Below, piece after piece: positions 28,189 to 38,666 of a stretch of DNA of 64,000 nucleotides (positions are counted from its first letter, which is position 1; each line of letters opens with the position of its first letter). The notes beneath the pieces were generated by a model. The model had not been told where the DNA came from and ran no database searches. It worked only from the letters and a program-made list of their open reading frames with translations. The stretch is taken from positions 14,670 to 78,669 of the forward strand of contig DXHZ01000093.1 in NCBI GenBank assembly GCA_019113145.1, written 5' to 3'. This stretch comes from Candidatus Avanaerovorax faecigallinarum. GTDB lineage: Bacteria > Bacillota > Clostridia > Peptostreptococcales > Anaerovoracaceae. Position numbers and translations under genes: made by a program.

Positions 28189-28375
28189 GAAACGGTAGCA
28201 TGTCGGTTACAGATGCTGCAGAGGAATGAACGCATATTTTTACGGCGGGATTGGAAAAATCCCGATTTTGTAATATATCTTGTTTTTTATAACTGTGTCT
28301 TAAAATGTTTTGTCCCGGTAGATTTGAAGTCATCAGCGAAATCAAAAACCTGCGATAAACGAGAAACGCGAGGAT

Positions 28376-29764
28376 ATGGAGAATATGGAGAAAAAGGAAA
28401 AGACAAAGACCGCAAAGGCGTGCGATGCGCCGGAAGAGACGGAAAGCGCAAAGGCGCGCGAAATGCAGGAGGCAGCGATGCCGGAGGCCGGGGCCGCGGG
28501 CAAAGCCGGCAGGGCCGAAGCGTCAGAGAACTGCGGCAGAGCCGAAGCGTCAGATGATGTCGGCGAGGTCGAGGCCGCAGAAAACGCCGGTGATGAGCAG
28601 GCTTTGGAGCGGCATGAGCACAGGGAGAGAAAGCGTGACGAGAGGGAGCGCCCCGAGGTAGAGGGAATCCTCGATATGGCCGACGGGGGATTTGGGTTCC
28701 TCAGGTTCAACAACTTCCTGACGAGCAAGGAGGACGTGTACGTTTCGCCTACTCAGATACGAAGGTTCAATTTAAAGACCGGAGACAAGATAAAGGGTAT
28801 ATCCAGGCTGCCTAACGAAGGGGAGAAATTCGGGGCTTTGCTCTACGTGCTCACCGTAAACGACGACGAACCGGGAGTGGCCATGAGAAGGCCTGATTTT
28901 GACAAGCTTACGCCGATATTCCCTAACGAGAGAATAACTCTGGAAAATTCGCCACAGGACCTTTCTACCAGGCTCATCGATCTGATAGCGCCTATCGGAA
29001 AGGGCCAGCGCGGACTCATAGTAGCGCCGCCAAAGGCCGGAAAAACCACCCTTCTGAAGAATATTGCCAACAGCATCGAGAAAAATCACCCGGAGCTTGA
29101 GATAATAGTTCTTCTGGTGGACGAGAGACCGGAAGAGGTAACGGATATGAAGAGATCCCTCCACGGAGGAGAGGTCATATACTCGACATTTGACGAAATG
29201 CCGTCTCATCACGTGAAAGTGGCGGAGATGGTTCTTGCGAGAGCGCAGAGACTGGCCGAGCATGGCAGAGACGTGGTAATTCTCCTGGACAGCATTACCC
29301 GCCTTGCAAGAGCATACAATCTGGTGGTTCCTGCGTCGGGGAGGACCCTTTCCGGCGGGCTTGACCCGGGAGCTCTCCATAAGCCGAAGAAGTTCTTCGG
29401 CGCGGCGAGAAATCTGGAGGAAGGCGGAAGTGTGACCATCCTCGCAACGGCTCTCGTCGAGACGGGAAGCCGCATGGACGACGTTATATTTGAGGAGTTC
29501 AAGGGTACGGGTAATATGGAGCTTCACCTTGACAGAAGGCTTTCCGAAAAGAGAATCTTCCCTGCCATCGACCTCAACAAGTCCGGCACGAGAAGAGAAG
29601 ATCTCCTGATGAATCAGGACGAGATGGAAGCAATCTGGCTCATGAGAAAGGCTCTCTCAGGATCGTCCAATCAGGACGCTGCTGAAGCTATCATAGACAA
29701 TCTGGCTCACACCAGAACAAACAGAGATTTCATAGAGATTATAAAGAAAGTGTTTAAGAACTAA
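28376..29764 (+). CDS. rho: Transcription termination factor Rho with atypical Ala/Glu-rich N-terminal extension
   Basis: GGFGFLR..., RNP-like OB domain, Walker [11 protein letters not shown], and the Q and R loops are all recognisable. The first ~95 aa are low-complexity. Confidence 0.93.
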   Translation: MENMEKKEKTKTAKACDAPEETESAKAREMQEAAMPEAGAAGKAGRAEASENCGRAEASDDVGEVEAAENAGDEQALERHEHRERKRDERERPEVEGILDMADGGFGFLRFNNFLTSKEDVYVSPTQIRRFNLKTGDKIKGISRLPNEGEKFGALLYVLTVNDDEPGVAMRRPDFDKLTPIFPNERITLENSPQDLSTRLIDLIAPIGKGQRGLIVAPPKAGKTTLLKNIANSIEKNHPELEIIVLLVDERPEEVTDMKRSLHGGEVIYSTFDEMPSHHVKVAEMVLARAQRLAEHGRDVVILLDSITRLARAYNLVVPASGRTLSGGLDPGALHKPKKFFGAARNLEEGGSVTILATALVETGSRMDDVIFEEFKGTGNMELHLDRRLSEKRIFPAIDLNKSGTRREDLLMNQDEMEAIWLMRKALSGSSNQDAAEAIIDNLAHTRTNRDFIEIIKKVFKN

Positions 29765-30774
29765 TGGATTTCAGCAAAATATTTTTGAAGGACGCCTGCC
29801 CTACATCCATCGGAGGGCAGGCGGTTCTGGACGGTGTCATGATGAAGGGGCCGGACAGGCTTGCGGTGACCATAAGACGGCCTGACGGCAGACTTCACAT
29901 AAGAACCACGCCTCTTAAGAAATCGAATAAACTGAGGAAGATACCCATTCTGAGAGGAGTCTTCGTGTTCTTTGATTCCCTTGTAACCGGTATGTCCACT
30001 ATTATGTACTCCGCCGACGTTATTGCGGATGCGGACGACGAGGAAGAAGAAAAGGGAAAGTTTGAGCTCTGGATGGAGGAAAAGTTCGGAGAGAAGGCCG
30101 TATGGAATTTCTTCATGTACGTCGCCGTCGTGGTGGCGCTCATAGTGAGCATAGGCATGTTTATCCTGCTTCCTACTGCGGCCGTCAGCCTGCTCGGAGC
30201 AATTACTGATAATCACATCGTTCTGAATCTGGCGGAGGGAATCTTCCGTATGCTCCTCTTTGTCCTTTACATCTGGGCAATCAGCAGGATGGATGACATA
30301 AAAGTCACGTTCCAGTACCACGGAGCCGAGCATAAGACCATACACTGCTTTGAAAAGGGACTTGAACTCACTCCGGAAAACGCCCGGCAGTTCTACACCC
30401 TCCACCCGAGATGCGGAACCAGCTTTCTGATGTTTGTAATGGTTATCAGCCTGATACTGTTTTCTCTTCTCGGATGGCCGAATCTGGCGGTGCGCCTTTT
30501 GTCGAGGATTCTTCTGATTCCCGTAGTGGCGGGACTTTCCTATGAGCTTTTAAGGTGGGCGGGAAGAAGCGACAGCTGGCTGGTGAGAATTTTGAGCGTG
30601 CCGGGGCTCTGGCTTCAGAAGATAACCACAAACGAGCCTACCGACGAACAGCTGGAGGTTGCCATTGCATCCATGAAAGCGGTCCTGGTGGACGAAGACG
30701 CTCCCTTCATCGAAGGAATCTGCGATCTCAACGCAAATTTAATAGAAGAACATATCGTAGGAGACAGAAAATGA
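29764..30774 (+). CDS. DUF1385 domain-containing membrane protein
   Basis: IGGQAVLDGVMMKG...YHGAEHKTIHCFE. It occupies the usual position upstream of prmC. TAATG overlap with rho. Confidence 0.85.
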   Translation: MDFSKIFLKDACPTSIGGQAVLDGVMMKGPDRLAVTIRRPDGRLHIRTTPLKKSNKLRKIPILRGVFVFFDSLVTGMSTIMYSADVIADADDEEEEKGKFELWMEEKFGEKAVWNFFMYVAVVVALIVSIGMFILLPTAAVSLLGAITDNHIVLNLAEGIFRMLLFVLYIWAISRMDDIKVTFQYHGAEHKTIHCFEKGLELTPENARQFYTLHPRCGTSFLMFVMVISLILFSLLGWPNLAVRLLSRILLIPVVAGLSYELLRWAGRSDSWLVRILSVPGLWLQKITTNEPTDEQLEVAIASMKAVLVDEDAPFIEGICDLNANLIEEHIVGDRK

Positions 30775-31682
30775 GTCTTTCAGTTAAAGAAATTCTTAAT
30801 ATCGGACAAAGGCGACTGCAGGATGCAGGAGTTTCGGATGCTGCCCTGGACAGCAAGCTTCTGTACTGTTTTATGACCGGAATCACCACAGGCCGGCTCT
30901 TCATCATGTATCAGAATATATTACAGGACGGTCAGTGCGACGAATACTTCCGTCTCATCGACGAGCGGGCGTCGGGAAAGCCGCTTCAGTACATAACCGG
31001 AACTCAGGAGTTCATGGGGCTGGAGTTTGACGTGAACGAAAGCGTGCTCATACCCCGTCAGGACACGGAGACCATGGTTGAGGACGTTATCTCGGTAATA
31101 AAGGACGGAGCTTTGAGAGGCGAAAGTCTCGAGGGGACGGGCCGCCGGGAGTGGGACATACTGGATCTGTGCGCGGGAAGCGGGGCCATAGGCGTATCTC
31201 TCGCAAAGCTTCTCGACGGGGTAAAGGTGAACGTGACCTGCTCCGATGTGAGCAAAGCCGCCCTTGAGGTGGCGCGCAAAAACGCCGAAAAGCTGGGTGT
31301 CTCAAAGAGCGTAAAGTTTGCCGAAGGCGATATGTTTGCGCCTTTTGACGGCAGATTTAAAAAGAAGAAATTCGACCTGATAGTTTCCAATCCGCCTTAC
31401 ATAGAATCGGGCGTAATCCCTACCCTTCAGACGGAGGTCAAAGACCACGAACCCATGTCTGCTCTCGACGGCGGCGAGGACGGTCTCGACTTTTACAGGA
31501 TAATCGCCCGGGAAGCCGGAGAATTCATGAAAAAGCGGGGCATTCTTTTCCTCGAGATCGGATGCGACCAGGGGAGCGCGGTCAGGGAACTTCTGACTGA
31601 AGCGGGAGGCTATTCCGACATAAGATGCCTTAAGGACCTTGCGGGGCGCGACCGGATAATATACGCCGTGAAGGCGGAATAA
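30771..31682 (+). CDS. prmC: Peptide chain release factor N5-glutamine methyltransferase
   Basis: ATGA overlap with the upstream gene. Motifs PLQYITGTQEFMGLEF, DLCAGSGAIG, VSNPPYI. Confidence 0.9.
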   Translation: MSLSVKEILNIGQRRLQDAGVSDAALDSKLLYCFMTGITTGRLFIMYQNILQDGQCDEYFRLIDERASGKPLQYITGTQEFMGLEFDVNESVLIPRQDTETMVEDVISVIKDGALRGESLEGTGRREWDILDLCAGSGAIGVSLAKLLDGVKVNVTCSDVSKAALEVARKNAEKLGVSKSVKFAEGDMFAPFDGRFKKKKFDLIVSNPPYIESGVIPTLQTEVKDHEPMSALDGGEDGLDFYRIIAREAGEFMKKRGILFLEIGCDQGSAVRELLTEAGGYSDIRCLKDLAGRDRIIYAVKAE

Positions 31683-31785
31683 TGCTTGAAATCACGCCGT
31701 TTAATTGGTAAACTGTATAAAGCGTCCGTAAGTTTCCGGTTGGAAGTTTTACCGGCGCAGAGAAAATAAAACGAGGAGGAAAAAG

Positions 31786-33180
31786 ATGAAAGACGTACAG
31801 CTCAGAGAGCTACACAGGAACACCGGCGCATATGCAGATGCGGAAATAACAGTGAGAGGCTGGGTCAGAACTAATAGAAATTCCAACAAGTTCGGGTTCA
31901 TAGAGCTGAATGACGGCAGCTTTTTCAAATCCGTTCAGGTAGTTTACGAAGCAGATAAAATAGATAACTTCGACGTGGTCTCAAAGGCGCCCATTTCGGC
32001 AGCTCTTTGTGTAAAGGGAAAGGTGGAGCTTACTCCGGAGGCAAAGCAGCCTTTTGAGATAAAGGCAAGCGAAGTGACCATCGAGGCCGGCGCAGACGCC
32101 GACTACCCACTCCAGAAGAAGAGGCACTCCATGGAGTTTCTCAGAGAGATAGCGCATCTGAGACCGAGAAGCAACACCTTCTCCGCAGTGTTCAGAGTCC
32201 GCTCTCTGGTAGCCTATGCTATACATAAATTCTTTCAGGAAAAGCACTTTGTTTACGTGCACACCCCGCTTATCACTGGAAGCGACTGCGAAGGCGCAGG
32301 GGAGATGTTCAGGGTAACCACCCTCGACATGGAAAATCCGCCAAAGACTGAAGACGGAAAGATAGATTACGCCGAGGACTTCTTCGGAAAAGAAACCAGC
32401 CTTACCGTAAGCGGACAGCTGGAGGGCGAGGCCTTTGCCATGGCGTTCAGAAACATATACACTTTCGGCCCTACATTCCGCGCCGAAAATTCCAACACCG
32501 CAAGACACGCGTCCGAGTTCTGGATGATAGAGCCGGAAATAGCCTTTGCGGACCTTGAGGACAACATGGAGCTGGCCGAGGAAATGGTGAAGTACATCAT
32601 CACCTACGTGAGAGAAAACGCCCCTGAAGAGATGGCGTTCTTCAACAGTTTCATAGACAAGGGACTTCTGGAGAGACTGGATCACATCGTAAACTCCGAC
32701 TTCGGAAGAGTCACCTACACCGAGGCAGTTGAGCTCCTGAAAAAGTCCGGCAAGGAATTCCAGTATCCCGTTGAGTGGGGAATCGACCTTCAGACGGAGC
32801 ACGAAAGGTACCTTACAGAGGAGATATTCAAAAAGCCTCTCTTCGTAACCGATTATCCTAAGGACATAAAGGCCTTCTACATGAGGCTCAACGACGACGG
32901 AAAGACCGTTGCAGCCTGCGACCTCCTGGTTCCGGGAGTCGGCGAGATCATCGGCGGAAGCCAGAGAGAGGAGCGCCTCGATATTCTGGAAAGCCGTATG
33001 GACGAGATGGGTCTTGACAAAGAAATGTACGGATGGTATCTGGACCTTCGCCGCTACGGCGGAGTGAAGCACGCAGGTTACGGACTGGGCTTTGAGCGCA
33101 TGATCATGTATCTGACGGGCATGAGCAATATCCGCGACGTGCTTCCGTTCCCGAGAACGCCGAAGAACGCAGAGTTCTAA
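31786..33180 (+). CDS. asnS: Asparagine--tRNA ligase
   Basis: 464 aa. It has an OB anticodon domain and class IIb core motifs ([37 protein letters not shown]). Confidence 0.95.
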   Translation: MKDVQLRELHRNTGAYADAEITVRGWVRTNRNSNKFGFIELNDGSFFKSVQVVYEADKIDNFDVVSKAPISAALCVKGKVELTPEAKQPFEIKASEVTIEAGADADYPLQKKRHSMEFLREIAHLRPRSNTFSAVFRVRSLVAYAIHKFFQEKHFVYVHTPLITGSDCEGAGEMFRVTTLDMENPPKTEDGKIDYAEDFFGKETSLTVSGQLEGEAFAMAFRNIYTFGPTFRAENSNTARHASEFWMIEPEIAFADLEDNMELAEEMVKYIITYVRENAPEEMAFFNSFIDKGLLERLDHIVNSDFGRVTYTEAVELLKKSGKEFQYPVEWGIDLQTEHERYLTEEIFKKPLFVTDYPKDIKAFYMRLNDDGKTVAACDLLVPGVGEIIGGSQREERLDILESRMDEMGLDKEMYGWYLDLRRYGGVKHAGYGLGFERMIMYLTGMSNIRDVLPFPRTPKNAEF

Positions 33181-33231
33181 ACAGAGCCGACAAAATCTGC
33201 GCCGCGCGAAGGGCTGGGCTAATGGAATAAT

Positions 33232-33448
33232 AAGATTTTAAGGAAGTCTTCGACAATGAGACGGGTTTCCCGGCAAGTTGTCGAAGGCTTTTTCGACATT
33301 TTTGGTTGGAAAACGGAATCTGCCGAAAAATATAAGGGGCTATGCAGGTTTTGATCGGTGAATCTTCGGCAAAACCTGAAAAAACGGCCTCCTAAGCCGA
33401 AAAAGCTTCGACATAACCGCCGAAAACAGAGGCCTTTGTCGAAGCTGA
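33232..33448 (+). repeat. Dispersed ~215-bp intergenic repeat, copy A (bidirectional terminator-like cassette)
   Basis: It aligns over most of its length with 57787-58004. Internal perfect 9-bp hairpins are CTTCGACAA (33248-33256)/TTGTCGAAG (33278-33286) followed by GCTTTTT, and GCTTCGACA (33405-33413)/TGTCGAAGC (33437-33445) preceded by AAAAA. Confidence 0.75.
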
Positions 33449-33493
33449 CATTACCATTATTATTTACGATAAATCGTTGTCCGCGACTCCCGC

Positions 33494-34132
33494 CTACCTT
33501 GGAATGAAGTTGGTCATCGCGCCCGTTTCCGTAGCAGGATAAGGGACGCCCGCCTGCTTTCCCGCTTCGAAGCAGCGCATCATCCAGATCATATTCTTTG
33601 CCAGGTTTCTCATGGTCTGCATGCCCTCCTCGTCCTTCGGGGCGTCGTTTGCTCTCAGGCCGTGAACCATATTCCAGTAGGTGGAGCCGGCTACGGGCAT
33701 CTGGGAAATGCCGAAGTATTTGTTTATGCCGTCAAAGGCTGCGGAGGTGCCTCCACGGCGGGCAACGGCGATTGCTGCGCCCGGTTTGAACCTGAACGCG
33801 GCCGAGCCGTCGGCGCAGCTGCTGGAAAAGAACACTCTGTCGAGGAATGAGTAGAGCCTGCCGCTGGGGTGTGCGTAGTACACGGGCGAGGCGAAGACGA
33901 AGCCGTCGGCGTCTGCGGCCTTTTCGACAAACTCGTTTACCTCGTCATCGAAGACGCATCTGCCGTTTTTGACGCAGTAGTTGCACTGAAGGCAGTCGGG
34001 TATAGGCTTGCTTCCGAGCTGAATCACTTCGGTTTCAACGCCCTCCTCGTCAAATACCTTTATCATCTCGTTGATGGCGACCATTGTGGTGCCGTTTTCG
34101 TGGCTGCTGCCGTTTACAATCATTACTTTCAT
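33494..34132 (-). CDS. Flavodoxin-fold NAD(P)H-dependent FMN reductase / iron-sulfur flavoprotein-like protein
   Basis: MKVMIVNGSSHENGTT...CLQCNYC...ADGFVFASPVYYAHPSG. Confidence 0.8.
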   Translation of the reverse strand: MKVMIVNGSSHENGTTMVAINEMIKVFDEEGVETEVIQLGSKPIPDCLQCNYCVKNGRCVFDDEVNEFVEKAADADGFVFASPVYYAHPSGRLYSFLDRVFFSSSCADGSAAFRFKPGAAIAVARRGGTSAAFDGINKYFGISQMPVAGSTYWNMVHGLRANDAPKDEEGMQTMRNLAKNMIWMMRCFEAGKQAGVPYPATETGAMTNFIPR

Positions 34133-34144
34133 AATTCATTTCTC

Positions 34145-34735
34145 CTATAAAATTCCCTTGATGAAAATTTCGATACCTATAATAATCAGTATACATCCGC
34201 CGAAGATGTGGGCCATGTAGGAAAGGCCGGTTCCGAATCTGCGGCCGATGAGAAGTCCGGCAAAACAAATGAAGAATGTGACCACGCCTATGATTGCAGC
34301 TGATGCAAGGGCTGTCAGAACTTCGTAGCCGGAGATTGTGAAACCTACGGACAGGGCGTCTATAGATGTGGCGATGCCCTGAAGTATGAGGAGGGAAAAG
34401 CTCACCGCCTCGACTTCTGCGTCCTCAGGCTCACGTTTACATTTTATACCCTCCCGAATCATATTTCCACCGATAAGCGCGAGAAGTATGAGGGAAATCC
34501 ACGGGATCAGATTCTGGAGGAAGGCGAAATAGTCGGCGGCCGTTTTGACGCAGAACCAGCCTGTCATAGGCATGAGAAACTGGAATACCGCAAAAACGCC
34601 GGCAATGAGGCTCATACGCCCGCCCTTCATGCGGGGCTCGTTCAGGCCGTTGGCAAGGGACACTGAAAATGCGTCCATGGCAAGGCCTACGCCTAAGGAA
34701 ATGCTGGTGAAGATAAAAGTAAAGTCAAAGCTCAT
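34145..34735 (-). CDS. mntP: Manganese efflux pump MntP
   Basis: Start MSFDFTFIFTSISLGVGLAMDAFSVS. The duplicated DUF204-type halves are visible. It lies downstream of a Mn riboswitch. Confidence 0.88.
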   Translation of the reverse strand: MSFDFTFIFTSISLGVGLAMDAFSVSLANGLNEPRMKGGRMSLIAGVFAVFQFLMPMTGWFCVKTAADYFAFLQNLIPWISLILLALIGGNMIREGIKCKREPEDAEVEAVSFSLLILQGIATSIDALSVGFTISGYEVLTALASAAIIGVVTFFICFAGLLIGRRFGTGLSYMAHIFGGCILIIIGIEIFIKGIL

Positions 34736-34820
34736 AGGGTTCTCCCGTTCCGCCCTGGGAAAATGCAGGCTTTGTCCGCCAAAGCGGGCAGCCCCTGCCT
34801 GAGTCCGGGCATTTATTACT

Positions 34821-34965
34821 AAAAAAATAGAGACTTCACGTACAGCCTTTGCCGTACATGAGTCTCGCAATTTAAAACAAGCCAGGCTGCGCAAAGAACG
34901 CAGAGCCAGTATGTTGACTTGCTACGCCGCCGTCTGCGGCGCTTGCTACTCCCTCACAGGAACAA
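34821..34965 (-). promoter_or_regulatory. yybP-ykoY (manganese) riboswitch with intrinsic terminator expression platform
   Basis: The minus strand reads ...GAGGGAGUAGCAAGC...GUAGCAAGUCAACAUAC...GGCUUGUUU...GAGACUCAUGUACGGCAAAGGCUGUACGUGAAGUCUCUAUUUUUUU. The conserved GGGAGUAGC and CAACAUAC boxes are present, and it sits directly 5' of mntP. Confidence 0.75.
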
Positions 34966-35345
34966 GATAGATTATATCCCTTTCAGGGATCCTCTGTCAA
35001 CGGGAAATGGGTTAGCCGCGTAGAACTTGCGCCTGGCCGGGCAGAGTGGGAAATAGGTTAGGCGCGTAAAACCCGCCCTTGAAAATTGTTTTTTCATACT
35101 GTGTGAAAACAATGTCAAGGGTTTGGGGTAGAGTAAAAAAGTCTGATTTTCGAGACTTTCCGGGGACTGTGGAATAAAATAAAAAACACTTATCGCAGGT
35201 TTGTGCTTTTTATGTTCTTTTTCGGGGATAGGGGTTTTAATATATGGGCGGTTATGTATAATAGGAAATGGCCGGTCTACGGCAGAAAGCTTAAGGACGA
35301 CCGGATAAAGCCTGCGGGCGAAATATTTTAGGAGGCAAAATAACG

Positions 35346-36185
35346 ATGAAAGAGATAAGTGCAGAGGATATAACTTCTGTTATCAGAAGACTTTGCATGG
35401 AAGCTAATTCGTATCTGCCTGATGATATCAAAGGAAAAATAGCGACTTGCCGAATGACGGAAACGTGGGACCTGGCGAAGAATATCCTCGGAGTTATCGA
35501 GGAAAATTTTTCAGTTGCCGAAAACGATTTTGTTCCAATCTGTCAGGATACGGGAGTCGCTTGTGTTTTTTTGGAGATAGGTCAGGACGTACACATTAAT
35601 GGCAATCTGAGAGAGGCCGTTGACGAGGGAGTAAGGCAGGGATACACTGACGGATACCTGAGAAAATCCGTGGTAAGGGATCCTCTCGACAGAGTGAACA
35701 CGGGAGACAACACGCCTGCAATGCTCTACACCGAAATAGTTCCGGGAGACGAGCTTAAGATTACGGTGGCGCCTAAGGGATTCGGAAGCGAAAACATGAG
35801 CGCCATAAAGATGCTGAAGCCGTCCGACGGAATAGAGGGAGTGAAGAAATTCATTCTTGAAACCGTGGAAAACGCAGGACCTAATCCGTGCCCGCCTGTA
35901 GTCGTGGGCGTGGGAATCGGCGGAACCTTTGACAAGGCGGCTCTTCTGGCGAAGAAGGCCCTTATGAGAAGCACCGACGTCAGAAACGGGGATAAGCTTT
36001 ACGCCGACCTTGAAGAGGAAATGCTTGAAAAGATAAACGCGCTGGGAATCGGACCTCAGGGAGTGGGGGGAGCTACTACGGCTCTTGCGGTAAACATCGA
36101 GAAGATGCCAACCCACATCGCAGGACTTCCGGTTGCCGTAAACATAAACTGTCACGTTGCAAGACACCGCTCGGCGGTACTGTAG
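35346..36185 (+). CDS. Fe-S class I hydro-lyase alpha subunit (fumarate hydratase/tartrate dehydratase family; mesaconase candidate by context)
   Basis: [27 protein letters not shown] and [12 protein letters not shown] motifs of the class I fumarase N-terminal domain. Confidence 0.88.
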   Translation: MKEISAEDITSVIRRLCMEANSYLPDDIKGKIATCRMTETWDLAKNILGVIEENFSVAENDFVPICQDTGVACVFLEIGQDVHINGNLREAVDEGVRQGYTDGYLRKSVVRDPLDRVNTGDNTPAMLYTEIVPGDELKITVAPKGFGSENMSAIKMLKPSDGIEGVKKFILETVENAGPNPCPPVVVGVGIGGTFDKAALLAKKALMRSTDVRNGDKLYADLEEEMLEKINALGIGPQGVGGATTALAVNIEKMPTHIAGLPVAVNINCHVARHRSAVL

Positions 36186-36198
36186 GAGGGAGGATAAG

Positions 36199-36759
36199 AT
36201 GGAAAAGAGAATAACTACGCCTCTTACTGCAGAAAAAGTCAGGGAGCTGAGAACGGGAGACACTGTGCTCCTGTCCGGAGTCATCTACACGGCGAGAGAC
36301 GCCGCTCATAAGAGACTTTGCGAGCTTCTGGAAAAGGGAGAGAAGCTGCCTTTTGACCCGAAGGATCAGGTCATATACTACGTGGGCCCGGCTCCCGCAA
36401 AACCGGGAAAGGCCATAGGCTCGGCAGGCCCTACCACCAGCTACCGCATGGACGCTTACGCTCCGGCCCTGATAAGGGAAGGCCTTAAGGGAATGATCGG
36501 AAAGGGCAAGCGCTCGGACGAGGTGAGAGAGACCATGAAGGAGTGCACGGCGGTTTACTTCGGAGCCATCGGAGGAGCCGGAGCCGTTCTGGCAAACTCC
36601 ATAAAGAAGGCCGAGGTCATAGCCTACGAGGACCTTGGCGCCGAGGCCATACGCAGACTGGAAGTGGAGGATATGCCGCTCTTCGTAATAATGGACTGCT
36701 ACGGCGGAAACCTCTATGAGTCCGGAAGGAAGGAATACCTGGAATCGGTTAAAAAATAA
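36199..36759 (+). CDS. Fe-S class I hydro-lyase beta subunit (mesaconase candidate by context)
   Basis: Start MEKRITTPL with a GGAGGGAGG RBS. GVIYTARDAAHKRL...GPTTSYRMD...GKG matches the fumarase C-terminal domain. Confidence 0.88.
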   Translation: MEKRITTPLTAEKVRELRTGDTVLLSGVIYTARDAAHKRLCELLEKGEKLPFDPKDQVIYYVGPAPAKPGKAIGSAGPTTSYRMDAYAPALIREGLKGMIGKGKRSDEVRETMKECTAVYFGAIGGAGAVLANSIKKAEVIAYEDLGAEAIRRLEVEDMPLFVIMDCYGGNLYESGRKEYLESVKK

Positions 36760-36800
36760 CTTTAACATAGACAGCTATACGAAAGGAAAAACTTAAAGCA

Positions 36801-37250
36801 ATGGAAAAAGAAAAGAAAAGAGTAATTCTGGGAGTAATCGGCGCAGACGTTCACGCCGTTGGAAACACCATTCTGAACAGAGCTCTCCAGGATGCAGGCT
36901 TTGAGGTGACCAACCTGGGGGTAATGGTTCCTCAGGAGGAAATGATCAGAGCCGCAGTTGAGGACGGAGCCGACGCAATTCTCGTTTCATCTCTCTACGG
37001 TCAGGGCGAGATCGACTGCACCGGAATGAGAGAAAAGTGCGAGGAGGCGGGCCTTAAGGATATACTCCTGTACGCAGGCGGAAACCTGGTAGTAGGAAAG
37101 GTTCCCGAAAAGGAGATTCAGGAAAGATACAAGGCTCTGGGATTTGACAGGGCATTCGGACCGGGAACGGACCCTTCCGTTACCATAGCGGCTCTGAAGA
37201 AGGACCTTGCAAAAGGCAGACTTCATCATCACCGGGGCTCCGAAGAGTAG
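36801..37250 (+). CDS. glmS: Glutamate mutase sigma (B12-binding) subunit
   Basis: [18 protein letters not shown] (DxHxxG cobalamin-binding motif), about 140 aa, adjacent to glmL and glmE. Confidence 0.9.
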   Translation: MEKEKKRVILGVIGADVHAVGNTILNRALQDAGFEVTNLGVMVPQEEMIRAAVEDGADAILVSSLYGQGEIDCTGMREKCEEAGLKDILLYAGGNLVVGKVPEKEIQERYKALGFDRAFGPGTDPSVTIAALKKDLAKGRLHHHRGSEE

Positions 37251-37271
37251 GGATTCCGGAGGCGATATAAA

Positions 37272-38666
37272 ATGAAAGCTGTTTTACTTATAGATTTCGG
37301 CAGCACTTACACGAAGATTACGGCAGTTGACATCGAAAAGGAAGAAATCTTAGGTACGGCCCAGAGCTTCACAACCATAGAAACCGATATCAACGACGGC
37401 CTTAAAAACGCCCTTAAGATTCTCGAGGAGAAAACGGGGCCTCTGGAGTTCAGCGAAAAGTACGCTTGCTCCAGCGCAGCGGGCGGTCTCAGAATGGTGG
37501 CCATAGGACTTGTTCCAGAGCTTACGGCGCAGGCGGCAAAGCAGGCGTCCCTGGGCGCGGGAGCAAAGGTTGTAAAGACATACTCATACGAGCTGACCGA
37601 CGGCGACGTAGAGGAGATAGACGGAATAAATCCCGACATACTCCTTCTCACAGGCGGCACCGACGGAGGGAACAAGGACAACATAATCCACAACGCCCAC
37701 CAGCTTGCAAAGCTTAAGAGCAGAAGCTTTCCGATAATAATTGCGGGAAACAGAAGCTGTACCGACCGGGTTGCCGAAATACTTGAAGACTTTGAGACAT
37801 TCAAGTGCGAAAACGTAATGCCGAAGCTTAATATCCCCAACGTGGAGCCGGTTCAGGAGCTTATCAGGAGCATATTCCTGAAGAAGATAGTTCTCGCCAA
37901 GGGACTGAGCCAGGCGGAGGAGCTGATAAAGGGAATACTCATGCCGACGCCGGCGGCCATGCTTGAGGCTATGAAGCTTCTCGCAAAGGGAACAGAAACG
38001 GAAGAAGGAATCGGCGACCTGGTGGGAGTCGACCTCGGAGGAGCCACCACGGACGTGTACTCCATGTCGTACGGACTTCCTCAGACGGGAGCCGCAGTGC
38101 TCAAAGGCCTCAGAGAGGACTACGCGAAGAGAACCGTTGAAGGCGACATCGGAATGCGCTACAGCATAAAGGGCATCGTGGCGGCGTCCGATATAATGAG
38201 GATTTCGGACCTTTCCGGACTTTCCGAGAGAAAGTGCGAGGAAATGATAGATTATCTCTCCGTTCACACCGACAAGGTTCCGGGAGACGATGAACCGGAT
38301 TTCATCGCTTTGGACTACGCCCTGGCATCGATGGCTGTAGAGGCTGCCGTGACGAGGCACGCCGGAAAGCTGGAGCCTTTCTACACGCCTACGGGCATAA
38401 GCTACATGCAGACGGGAAAGGACCTTACAGGCGTTAAAACCGTAGTTGCTACGGGAGGCGCTCTCATACACACGAAGCGGACGGGAGACATTCTGAAGCA
38501 CACTTTGTCGAAGCCGGAAGACGCGTTTTCCCTTAAACCGAAGGAAGCGGAATTCCTGGTTGACAGAAAGTACATACTGGCGGCGATGGGTCTGCTCAGT
38601 ACGGAGTACCCGGACGCGGCCTTACGAATAATGAAAAAGGAGTTAGAAAAAAATGGAGTTTCTTGA
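37272..38666 (+). CDS. glmL: Glutamate mutase accessory protein GlmL/MutL
   Basis: [21 protein letters not shown]-type start. 464 aa, located between the S and E subunits as in characterised clostridial operons. Confidence 0.85.
   Translation: MKAVLLIDFGSTYTKITAVDIEKEEILGTAQSFTTIETDINDGLKNALKILEEKTGPLEFSEKYACSSAAGGLRMVAIGLVPELTAQAAKQASLGAGAKVVKTYSYELTDGDVEEIDGINPDILLLTGGTDGGNKDNIIHNAHQLAKLKSRSFPIIIAGNRSCTDRVAEILEDFETFKCENVMPKLNIPNVEPVQELIRSIFLKKIVLAKGLSQAEELIKGILMPTPAAMLEAMKLLAKGTETEEGIGDLVGVDLGGATTDVYSMSYGLPQTGAAVLKGLREDYAKRTVEGDIGMRYSIKGIVAASDIMRISDLSGLSERKCEEMIDYLSVHTDKVPGDDEPDFIALDYALASMAVEAAVTRHAGKLEPFYTPTGISYMQTGKDLTGVKTVVATGGALIHTKRTGDILKHTLSKPEDAFSLKPKEAEFLVDRKYILAAMGLLSTEYPDAALRIMKKELEKNGVS

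Noticed and set aside
27982-28728. ORFs 27982-28557 (+) and 28342-28728 (-) upstream of and overlapping the start of rho
   Set aside because: They run through the direct repeats, promoter and leader of rho, and then out of frame through the GC-rich low-complexity rho 5' region. The products are Arg/Ser low complexity.
31683-31785. T-box leader upstream of asnS (and of serS)
   Set aside because: The intergenic spaces, 103 bp and 25 bp, are too short. I found no specifier loop or T-box sequence (AATTAGGGTGGTACCGCG-like).
34736-34894. 53-codon extension of mntP
   Set aside because: The region is the terminator and 3' half of the yybP-ykoY riboswitch. The MntP family start MSFDF is at 34735.
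35002-35072. 25-bp imperfect direct repeat GGGAAAT(G/A)GGTTAG(C/G)CGCGTA(G/A)AAC (35002-35026 and 35048-35072) upstream of the mntP riboswitch promoter
   Set aside because: It is real in the sequence. I could not separate it from the general hairpin-word repeat phenomenon or tie it to a regulator, so I did not raise it as its own finding.
35100-35345. Cobalamin riboswitch or other leader upstream of the glutamate mutase cluster
   Set aside because: I looked for the B12-box (GCCACTG-like) and a long conserved multi-stem leader and found none. There is only a weak TATAAT at 35257-35262 and a short CCGGTC/GACCGG hairpin.
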